Part shown: one piece after another, positions 53,567 through 64,000 of the stretch
How the letters are laid out: each line of letters begins with the position of its first letter
How positions within the stretch are numbered: the stretch's first letter is position 1
Assembly (NCBI GenBank): GCA_021613535.1
Contig: CP075496.1
Coordinates: 12,710,001 to 12,774,000, forward strand
Reading direction: 5' to 3'
Source: Adineta vaga
Taxonomy: Eukaryota; Animalia; Rotifera
DNA length: 64,000 nucleotides
Notes under the pieces: generated by a model
Databases searched by the model: none
The model's input: only the letters and a program-made list of their open reading frames with translations
Told to the model about the DNA's origin: nothing
Made by a program: the position numbers and the translations under genes

Positions 53567-56500
53567 CTAAAAACGTCGTTGCGGTAATGACTGTGTAACA
53601 ACATAGTGAGGTTCATAAGTACGTGTTTGTCCAGTTGGATGAAGGACAAGTCCAGGCGGTGGTGGTTGTTGAGTAACATACGTAGTTGTATGATGAAGAG
53701 ACTGTGGTGGTGGTGGTTGTGGAACTAATGATGTATGTTGTTGAGATGTTGGAAGAGCACCAACAGATACACCAGGATGATTATAAAGATGAGTTTGACC
53801 AGTCGTACTACCACGAGATGATGGAGGCGGAGGTGGTGGTGCTTGATTCGATGGAAGTATTGGAATACGTTGACCACTGAGCACATTAGGACGCGATCGA
53901 TCATGAGATGATGGTGGAACTTGTTGTGAAACATGTTGCCAACCATAAGGATCAACTACAGGTGCATGAGAAGTTGCTAATAGAGTAGAATTATTTAAAT
54001 AAAACTATCGATAGAAATATATTTTCTTACTTTTAACTGGTAAATCAGGATGATGATGTTGTTGTCTCGATGGAGGTGCGGCTGACCATAAACCTTGCTG
54101 CTGCTGTTGTTGTTGTTGTTGTGTTGATGATGTTGAGTCGGAAAGATATTGATTAGCTAAATACTTATGAGTATCTAAAACAGTGTTTATAAAATTTTGA
54201 ATATCAACCAAATTAAACAATATCTACCATCAATATAATGTGTACCATCACGTGGTTTTGGTCGTTCCCAATGTGCAGTTTCCATTGGTTCACGACGCAA
54301 AGTAGCAGTGTTCGGTGGTGATCTATCACGACGTTGTGTTTGTTGAAGGTATTCTCGATCATCAAATCGCTCTCGCGAATGTGGACGTCGAAGAATCGCA
54401 CTGTTATTAGTCGGTGATGCTCCACTATTTCGAGAAGATCGTTCGTAACCATACTAACAGATGATGATGGTGGTGGTGGTGGTGGTAAAGCCATATCTCG
54501 ACCACGCTGTGGTAGTGTATTGTATGGATCTACTGGTCGATGTTGATTGGATGATGGAGGAAGATAACGTTGATTGTGACTATTATTATTGTTATTATTA
54601 TTATTTGAAATGATTGATGATGAAGAACTAAGGCCAAGATTTGAATTAGACGATGGAAGATCAGAATCACGATAAACAGCACGATCACGGCTAAATAAAA
54701 TAAAGAGAATATTGAACTTCTTTAAGAAAACGAATCGATGGAACTTACAACATTGTTTCACGTTGATTATTTGTATTATTACTATATTGTCGCTTCGCTT
54801 CGGGATAATAGTCACGACCATTGTCACCAAGTGATCGTTCGCGTCCACGTTCATTAACTGTATTCGATGATGATCGATGATCATATCCTTTATTGGAACT
54901 ATTATTATTATTACTACTATTATTTGAATTTGAATAATGTGAACGTTGTGAATCATGTTGTGATGAACGTGGACGTTTATTATCTTGATGAGCTATTCGA
55001 TGTAATTTTTCATCACGTAATTTTGCTTCTGCTTGTTGTTGTCGATGTTTAGCTTCATCAGCTAATCGTCTTTGTTGTTTATCAAGTTCACGTGCTTGAT
55101 CTTGTTTTTCTTTTTCTAATGCTAATCGAGTACGTTCGATCTCTAAACGTTCACGTTCAAGAACTAAAAACAAATCATATGAATTTGAAAAGATATTGGC
55201 AAAGAAAGAAACTGCAATTTACATTCAAATTCACGTCGCATTCGTTCACGTTCTTCTGCTAATCGCCGTTGTTGTTCCTTAATTTTTTCTTCTTCTTGTT
55301 GTTGAACAATTTGTTTATGTACAAGTAATTCTTTTTCATGCCGTAAACGTTGCTCATTCTGATATGTTGAACGACGATCATTATCATATGTACTTGATGT
55401 TGTAGAACGATGAGTATCTTTTGGTTTATCGTATTTATTTGTCATATTATGAGATGATGTACGTGGTTTAGATTTATCATTGGATAACGAATGATGATAA
55501 TCTGATTTAGTTGATGTAGAAGTCGACTGTTTTTCATTTGAACGACCATGATTAGCAGTAGATGATGATACTTTGTTTTTCGATAAATCTGTCGAATGCG
55601 TTGATGATCTTTCAAATCGATTTGTATGTTTACCATTTGATCGATTAGTACTAGAGGATTTATGAACAGATTCTAGAATGAATGATAGATATTATACTGA
55701 CAATGGATTGATCATTGTCATACCTGTTCTTTCGCTTGTTCTTGAAACATCTGCTCGAGAAATATGCTGTTTAGATGATTGACTGTTACTACTATTTGAT
55801 GGTGCTCTTCTATGATCCGAATTTGATTCAGAGGATTTTCTAGTTGATGCATCAGTTTCGTGTGATTTTATTGATTTTTCATCATTATTTGATTTTTTTA
55901 CATCACTGGTTGATAGTTTCTTTTTATTATCATTTGATATGGATGCTGGACGTTTTTTCGAAGGCACATTGCGATTTGCGTTGGATGATTTTTCATGAAT
56001 ATTTGTGTTTGAATCTCGTCTTTTATACGAATCATTGGTTGATGATTTGTGACTTGAATAATCTGATGGTTTCTTATTTGTATTAGGTGATGATGATGAT
56101 GAAGAATCATTGTGTGATTTTGATTTCGAAGATGATGAATGAGTTGTTTGATCATACATTTCCTAATACATTCAAATTTTTAGTCTTAACACACGTTGTT
56201 TCTATGACTTTTAGTTTCAGTCAATATAAACAATTAACAGAGAGAAAGAGAGAGGGGCAGTTTCAATAAGATTTTATGTATGTTCAATCTACGCAATTCT
56301 TTTCGACTTCTAAAGATAATATCGATAATTCTCTTTTCAACATACTCGATCTACATAGATCTTCTTTCCATGTAATTCAGTTTGATGTAATGCATTGATA
56401 CACTTTTCTACATCGTCTGGTGTTGCTAAATTAATATATCCAAACCATTGTGATGAACTTGATCCAATAACTTTTGTTGTTAATACCTATCGAAAATCAA

Positions 56501-58401
56501 TAACATTATTAATTCAAATTTGTAGATGAATTAATACTTACTTTTCCATGTTTTGAAAATAATGCTTTTAAATCAGATGCATGAGTTTCTTTGGCAATAT
56601 TTGATACCCAAAGATAACATTGATCTGAATAGAAAATGAAAAATTGTTTCAGAAAAACTTGTTTTGTTTACTTCGAAATTCTCACCTTTATTTGTATTGC
56701 TTTTCTTCTGTTGTTCATCGGTTGATTCTTGTTGTTTGTTTTCGCTGATAATTACAAAATAAAGATTAAATACTATTCTTGAGAAGATAATTCAATAGAA
56801 AGAAAGACAAAAAAAAGAATCGCGCAACGAAATGAGTAATAATAACAAATAAAATAAAAATAGAAGAATGAATTCGATTCGCCATCGTCGTTGATTTCAA
56901 GACGAAATCAAAATTTTTTGCCGTTGTTAATTTGTCGTCGTTGTTTGTGATACAAAAAAAGGAGGAGGAGAAGAAGAAAACACAACCACACACACACACA
57001 CACACACACATTTCATACAGAATCTGTTCACTTTTTATCAATATGTATTTAGAATAGAGACGAAATCGATTGATTACCTTTTTGATCGATTATCATTATC
57101 AGTCGGTAGATTTGCTGTTGTAGATTGATTGTCTTCACCATGATTTGAATCGGATGATATTTGTTGTTCGTTAGATGTTTTACTATGAGTATTCGTCGAT
57201 GATTGTACTATAGTTGATTCTTCATCAGACGATGAACAAGAAACTTGTGTAAGACCATGATCAATATTATCATTACTACATTCTTCCTCATGTTTTGTTG
57301 CGGTGGTAGTTTCATCAATTGTTAAAAAGATATTTTCATTTTCATGATCTTCAACCATTTGTCTCAAATCAATGGTATCCATTGGATTGGTTTGATCATC
57401 ATTATTGTCAAGTTTCGTCGATATTGCCGTTGTCGAAGTATGAAGTGGATGTGGTGAAGACGATGATGATGTTGAATTGATTTGCTCTTTGAAACAATAT
57501 GGATTTATTTTTAGTTCAAGATCTCTGTCTTTTCTCATCAATAGATAAGTAAATAGATGTATCTATTTTCCAAAACTTTTTTGAATAACTATGAATGTAA
57601 TTTTTCTCGATATATCTTTTGTATGCATAAAGCATTGAATCAAACGCGAATATGATATTTATATATACATATAATACAATGTATGTCGAATCATGGAGAA
57701 AAATATAGAGAATATAAGATTAGTAGATGGCTAATGTAATAAAAGCAAAAACAAAAGATTTTTCTTCTCACCTGTATTTTCAATATGAGATGTTTGTTCA
57801 GAATCGATCTAAATCAAGTAAAGAAAAGAATTAATATAAATGTAATTTGATATCCATTATGATTTCAACAATGACGTAAGATAGATCAACTATTTCTTTC
57901 TTGCTAATCTTCTCGACTGAGAAAGAAAATGACAATGATTATAAATGAATGCAATATTTCATTCAAACACTTCATTTTATCTATTTATATTCGTAAATGA
58001 ACGTACCTCCATTATTGACGTTTCTAAACAATTGACATCATGTGCACTATTTTCATCATGAGTCTGAAAAGCAGAATGAATTAACTAAAGGTTTAAGAAA
58101 AATTGTATATATTTACTCGATTATTATCATCGGATGATATTGTTTTTAAATCAACGGATGCATCAAAATGATAATTATCTGGATCAAGATTTCGATCGAT
58201 TAAAGCCTAGAATAAATTTGATTTATATTAAACGAAAAGAAACAAAACAATGAAATTTACCTGACGTAATTTTTCATAAAGTGATCCTTTCAATTCTTTT
58301 TTGTCATAAGATATATTAAATAAACGTAATTCACGTTGTAAATCAGTTACACGTAAATCATTTAATTTCCGTTGTTTAGCTGAATTGCTTGTGGATGTCA
58401 T
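53567..58401 (-). CDS. SAFB: SAFB/SLTM-like protein (SAP domain, RRM, ER-rich coiled coil, low-complexity tail)
   Basis: SAP RKLNDLRVTDLQRELR...LYEKLRQAL; RRM LWVSNIAKETHASDLKALFSKHGKV...FGYI...CINALHQTELHGKKIYVD; ERERLEIER coiled coil. Confidence 0.9.
56987..57010. repeat. (CA)n microsatellite in a SAFB intron
   Basis: Direct reading. Confidence 0.9.
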
Positions 58402-58949
58402 TGATATTGAACAATTGAATTACATTAAAAATAGAATGAATTTATAAATATCTACAAATAAACTTGTTCTCGTCAATGTTTTTATCTCGTTTTTTCATGG
58501 AATAGAACTGATGAATGCACTCAACTTTTTTTTGTTTATTATAATATAAGTTCATGTGCATACAGTAAAGAATTTCGTCCATTATACATCAAAACAAACC
58601 TCTCATGAGATAGATGGCGCCAGCAACTGTTGAATAATCATTTTACAATTAATTTAGTTCTTCAATCGTTCAATTTGTTTGATGTAAAAGAAGAGAATTT
58701 TATTCGATGATATGAATAGATAATCTTTTCTAATCATATTTTGTCTAGATAGAAGAAAAAACAACAATAACATTGATATGGAAATTATTCGGCGTCAGTT
58801 TGCAATTTACAGATGCATAAGAACTGTTACCAAATATGTCTGTCAAATGTTATCGATATATATATGTTATTCTTTTCTCAAAAACTGAGACATTATATGG
58901 ATGGATGATAAAGATTTTCAGAACAAGATGACCTTGACGAATCGATAGA

Positions 58950-59280
58950 TTATATATAACTCACATTATTTTCTTCTTCTTTCAATTCATCTAAACTATT
59001 CTGTACATCTTCGACAATACCAGTCGACTCTCGACAACATAATAACATAATAAACCTAAAATATTCCGAAATAATCATCACAAAGAATGTTTTGTGAATG
59101 TGAAGACAAACCATATACATATGACAAGACAACTAATAGTCAATAAGATAAGTAATGCAATACAATTGAGAATAATACTAAGAAAATGATACTTATCTAA
59201 TGAGAAAACTAAAAGATCTTCATTAATTATTACTTACAGAAAGGTAAAAGAATTGAAAAAGATTTTAAAACGTTGGTCAT
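58950..59280 (-). CDS. Putative 77-aa single-pass membrane microprotein (exons 59280-59238, 59196-59112, 59055-58950)
   Basis: Phase-consistent GT-AG introns of 41 and 56 nt give MTNVLKSFSILLPFYKYHFLSIILNCIALLILLTISCLVICIWFIMLLCCRESTGIVEDVQNSLDELKEEENNVSYI*. Confidence 0.55.
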
Positions 59281-59399
59281 AATTAACAGTTAGTGTTGTG
59301 TTGGATTCAAACATTTCATTAGAAGTTCGATTTCCCGCGTCTGTTCTGTCAATCATCTCAAGAACAGTTCAAATTAATGTGAATGATATATTTTCGATA

Positions 59400-60366
59400 A
59401 TGAATACTGTTGATGAAACAGTTTATAATCTTCTTAATCATATACCTCAATGTTTACCATCAATACCAAATCATACTAAGTACGATATTCTTTGATTTTG
59501 AATGAAAACAAAACATTCATATTCTAGACAAACATATCGATCGATGTTTACTTTCGATGTCGTACATAATTACAATAAAAATAAGCGTTCTCATCGTACA
59601 ATGGGTTTAGCTGTTATTCCTAAATCTGATCCAAATCATCCTCTTCGACGACGAGAAAACTATATTCCATTACCCGAGAGTATTACAACATAATTTCGTT
59701 TGTTTTCTCTTTTAAATTCTTTTCTAAGATTAGTTACACCATTCATTCGATCACATCGAATGCCACCCATTCCAAAAATGATTAAATCAAATACATTCGA
59801 TTCAAGAATATCATCGAAAAATTATGTTAAAGAGAATATTAATCAAATGAAGAATTCCTTACCGAAATATCCTCGTCGATATATGGTTTCTGATCGAAAA
59901 GGGAATAAATTTCTGATGAATGGAAGTGGTTTACAAAAAGAATTTATTTATAAAAAAGTTATTTAATCACATTTATTCTTTCAGTATATTCTCTCTCATT
60001 TCCAATATAGAATTATGGTCAGATTCCAATGTATCTGCAAGCATATAGAATATCTCCTGATCAAATGAATTGCTATACAAATGATAATTCGATGATTGCA
60101 ATGTCAATAGAAGAACGTTCTTGCTTGATTCATAGTATTACTTTTGCATTATAAATCATTCATTGATTTTCTTGACATCTAAATATTTAGATTTGAAAAT
60201 TCGTCATGAAGAAGTCTTTGCAGAATATCAACGTTTACCTTTACGTCTTGAAACAGCATCCACATTGATGAAGCATAGATTATTTACCAATGAATTGATT
60301 CAAATTGAACGTGACATTGATTTTCTTGAGAAACATGAACATATATTCATTGATCGAACATTATAA
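59400..60366 (+). CDS. ENKUR: Enkurin-like ciliary protein
   Basis: ETVYNLL, YRSMF, HRTMG, PPIP, KNYVKEN, DRKGNKFLMNGSGLQKEFIYKK|NYGQIPMYL, EEVFAEYQRLP, ELIQIERDIDFLEKHEHIFI. Confidence 0.88.
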
Positions 60367-61148
60367 AGTAGTTTTCCAAAGATAATTATCTTATTGATTT
60401 CAAACTAGAATAATAAAGAAAATATAAAACTTTCCTTTCAACTCTATCAACAAAAAGATCATATGTTTATCAACGTGCAATGTCCATCAATAATCCCATG
60501 AATTCATTGAATAACAATAATCTTTGCTACAATAAAATCCACATATATTAACTACATCAACACAGACAAATATTTCATGAGAGAAAATATATTAATACAT
60601 ATTACCATTACAAAATCGATTGATTTCTCTTGTCTAAAAGAAAATCTTCCTTGAATTGAACATGTAGTTACCTGAATGATAATCAACTTACGACAACATA
60701 TTTTTCTACCATCATAAAAATCTCTTTTTACAACAAAATTTCCATGTAGAATCTTCATCCAATATCAACAAGATATTCACAATAGAAATCTTTCAACATG
60801 AATAATACAAACAACATACATTTGCTTCTAATTGACTTATGTTGGATTGTCTTTCTTTTCTTTTTCTTTCGTGGATATCTATTTGATGTCAATGAGGAAA
60901 TATGAATTGACATATATAACAAAGAGAACGAATGACAACGAGAAGGAAATGAAAAGTAAAGCAAGAAAAGAAAAATGGGAGAAAATGAAATTTAGATACA
61001 ATGATACACAAGAAATTTTGCGTCAAGAATAACCATCTTCAACATCATCTGCAGTAGCAACATCAAAAGTCAAATAGTCAATCCAATAGATCTTCAACAT
61101 GGAAACATATACAATTCAACTACTTCAAAAAAATTGTCCTAGTTCATT

Positions 61149-63707
61149 TTAACGATATGGTGATCGTCCTCGTGAACGATCATAAACACCGGTATTCGAA
61201 CCGGTCACACCTGCATTACCAAGTACGCCTCCAACCGAACGTTGCGTACTCGTATTCGATGATGTATAAGGACCTAAAGATCCACCAAGACCACTAACAC
61301 CACCGACACCCGTACCTAAGACACCTCGACCACCTGCAAACGATGAATTCGGTTGTGTACGAACCGATGAGACGGCAGAAACTCCGACAGGTGCTGATTG
61401 ACCCAAACGTGCATCGTCATCTTTGTAGAATGAGCCTGGATATGGATAGATAGGAATTCAAATCGATATTTAGAATCAAAACAGACAACTGAAAAAGCAA
61501 AGCAAAATCTCCTCTTCATTTTTCTTACACTACCTGATAATTGTGATGATAATTGAGAAGCACCAGTTAAACCTGATGATTGTTGATAATTTGAATAACC
61601 ACCAGCAAGTGATGCATAAAGTGAATCTAAAATATAATGAAACGTTTTTTTTTATCCTTGAATGAGTAGTTATACAAACTTGTATTTGTATATGGATCAA
61701 TACCTAATGTTGACGATGTATTTAAATTTGAATTAGTAGATTGAAGTCCTAGAAAATTTCCAATATGATTGAGACAAAGAATAATTGTTATAACAAACCA
61801 GCAAGCGAATTCAAGCCAGAAAAACCACTGGCAGCTAATTGAGTTAATGCACTGATTGCACTTGGTGATAGTTGTGAAAGTGCTTGTAAAGCTGTGAGAT
61901 CACTATGATTCATATAATCTTTAAGAGGAAAAAGAAAGGTTTTCGAAAATTTCACGAGAAAAATAAATATCAACCTGAAACACTGGGTGTAATATTTTGA
62001 ATTGGATTTGAATTGATTTGTGGTATGGATGGTTCAAGTTGATTAACATCTACAAATAAGAATTCAATTGATAAATCTTTCAAAATTCAATTTTTTTATT
62101 ACTATTGCTTCGAAATGGATTTCCAGCAATACCTAAACCAACACCAATAGATTTTAAACCACCTAAAATTCAAAATAAATTTCATTTTTTTAAATTAAGA
62201 ATAGAGCATTTAGTTTACTTGGTAATTTCATTGATCTTCCATCATCTTTGCCTTCATCTTTCAAATCAATTTTAACGGCCATAATTCTATCATATAATTG
62301 TTGTTCATTAAACATTGATACTGCTTGAACAGCTTCTGATGGATGTTCATATTCAACTACAGCCATACCACGACTTTGACCTTCTTTATTTCGTTTTAAT
62401 GTTACATCACGTATACGACCAGCTAATGAAAAGACTTCACGAATTTTCTTCTCATCACATTTGAAATCCAACTAAAGAAAAGTTCTCGTTGTTTTTTTCA
62501 TTTTCTCATTCAAATAAATCTTTCATTTCAATTACATACATTTGCTACAAAGACTTTATTGGTAATTGGTCCTTCAATACCTAATCTTTGTAATAAATAG
62601 GATGGAATACCAGCAGCAGATGAATAACCTGATAAGGATGTTCCAATACCACTAAGACCTATCGATATAATGAATTGAATTACTTTTATTTCAAAAATAT
62701 AATAGATGACATTACCTGCTACTTGAGATGAATGAGATAAACCACCAGAATTTCCATTATTACCATTATCAAATTGATTTGAGAGATTATTATGTTGTTG
62801 TTGTTGTTGAAACATATTATTCTTTTGAGAAAGACGACCTTCCAATGATTGATATTTAGCACGACGAGTACGAAAACCTTCTTCATCCTAGAAATACAAA
62901 ATAAAGATCATTCTTAAATCATATCTATTTCAAAACATATCTTCAATAGACATATTCAATCAACTAACTATCTCAATGATATATTCACTGAATCATTTTT
63001 CTTACCAATTTTACTGCTAATTTTCGACCACCATATTCAAATTGATGCATTTTTTCAACAGCACGTCTCGCTTCTTCCACTGTTCGGAATTCTACTGATC
63101 TAAATGACAAACATTAAAAATTCATTTTACAATCACATGATCTTACCCACAACCAAGTGATTTACCATCGCGTTCAAAAACTTCTGTATACATTACTTCA
63201 CCAACTATAATCAAATGATAAAAACTAATTATCAATAATCTACCATCAAACTTACCTTCTGTTCGAAATAAATCTTTCAATGCTGTCCATCTCATATCGT
63301 ATGGAATATTTGATACATGAACTGTTTTTTCCCATCTAAATTTTGAAAGTAAAGAAAATGATTTCGATGAAAATCTATTTATACCGATATTTTAATCCTA
63401 ATTCACGATCAGAATATAGATTAACGGTTTGACTAAGACGATCAGCACCTCCACTTCGATGATCATTTCCATTATTTGTATTTGATCGATATCGATTATT
63501 TCTTCGATCACGAAAATGCTGATCATTATTATTTCTTGACATCGAACGATTATTATGTGAAGGTGAAAGACGATTTGGACTTCGTGAACGTGAACGCGAA
63601 TGATCAGAAGCTCGTTGATTATTATAATCACTTTATTAAAGAAAGAAAAAAAAAGTATATATGAATTCTTCGTGTAATCATGATCGACATTAAAATTACC
63701 CAGACAT
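61149..63707 (-). CDS. HNRNPM: hnRNP M / MYEF2-like RRM protein with N-terminal RS region
   Basis: RRM1 VHVSNIPYDMRWTALKDLFR..VGEV; RRM2 GPITNKVFVANLDFK...SRGMAVVEYEHPSEAVQAVSMF; KLPSGLKSIGVGLG linker. 8-nt first coding exon. Confidence 0.88.
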
Positions 63708-63788
63708 GATCTTTTCGTATGTAGAAAAAGTCAAAATAAGGAAAACAAATAGATATGAATCTAAAAAAGAAAAGAGAGCAAAGACTTG

Positions 63789-64000
63789 TTAATTATTCGA
63801 GAGATTTTCAATCTCAATCGGATCGACATGATCAGCCATTTGAAAACGGAATATTTTCGAAAAAAAATAAAACTGTCCATCTAAACTTCGTCGAATATTT
63901 TCAGCTTTTCGAAAGCCATGTTGTTCACCGTCAAAAAGAACGTAAGCAACTGGAAGATGCTTTTCACGTAAGGCATTAACCATGATTTCGGCTTGACTTG
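63789..64000 (-). CDS. S9 (prolyl oligopeptidase / acylaminoacyl peptidase-like) serine peptidase, C-terminal fragment
   Basis: [32 protein letters not shown] (catalytic His motif GEQHGF). Truncated by the window edge. Confidence 0.85.
   Translation of the reverse strand, partial: SQAEIMVNALREKHLPVAYVLFDGEQHGFRKAENIRRSLDGQFYFFSKIFRFQMADHVDPIEIENLSNN

Noticed and set aside
63789-64000. S9 peptidase as a horizontal transfer
   Set aside because: Only about 70 aa are visible and similar S9 peptidases occur in other invertebrates; cannot be judged without a phylogeny.
1-64000. CRISPR arrays, rRNA, tRNA, autonomous transposons or other prokaryotic systems
   Set aside because: No spaced direct repeats, structural RNA signatures or transposase/RT ORFs were recognised; the DNA is intron-rich and eukaryotic.

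Overview
AT-rich, gene-dense eukaryotic (animal) genomic DNA with many short (about 45-60 nt) GT-AG introns. This style suggests a bdelloid rotifer (inference). About 22 protein-coding genes are supportable, in order: the 3' end of an Epac/RAPGEF4-type GEF, RFX, Twist, a cytosolic carboxypeptidase (CCP2/3-Nna1 type), transaldolase, ATF6, a 4-finger C2H2 gene, a lectin-CUB-TM receptor, a neuronal calcium sensor, a SUR1/OCH1-like GT32 glycosyltransferase (horizontal-transfer candidate), a B-box/coiled-coil protein, an XTBD microprotein, a frameshifted MYCBP-like gene, a 3-Ig GPI adhesion protein, MEK1/2, an uncharacterised protein, a multi-C2H2 protein, SAFB/SLTM, a small TM protein, enkurin, hnRNP M/MYEF2 and the 3' end of an S9 peptidase. 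No rRNA, tRNA or CRISPR array was recognised. The most notable observations are: (1) a B-box/coiled-coil protein fused to an eIF4G-like W2 domain, tail-to-tail with an XRN2-binding microprotein; (2) a duplicated, apparently mutually exclusive N-terminal module in the carboxypeptidase; (3) a TA-flanked palindromic MITE directly upstream of the putative foreign glycosyltransferase; (4) a hidden 77-aa spliced membrane microprotein; (5) an operon-like 81-nt spacer between the S9 peptidase and hnRNP M; (6) a UPRE in the ATF6 promoter. Exon boundaries were derived by eye, and family assignments rest on recalled motifs, not on database searches.
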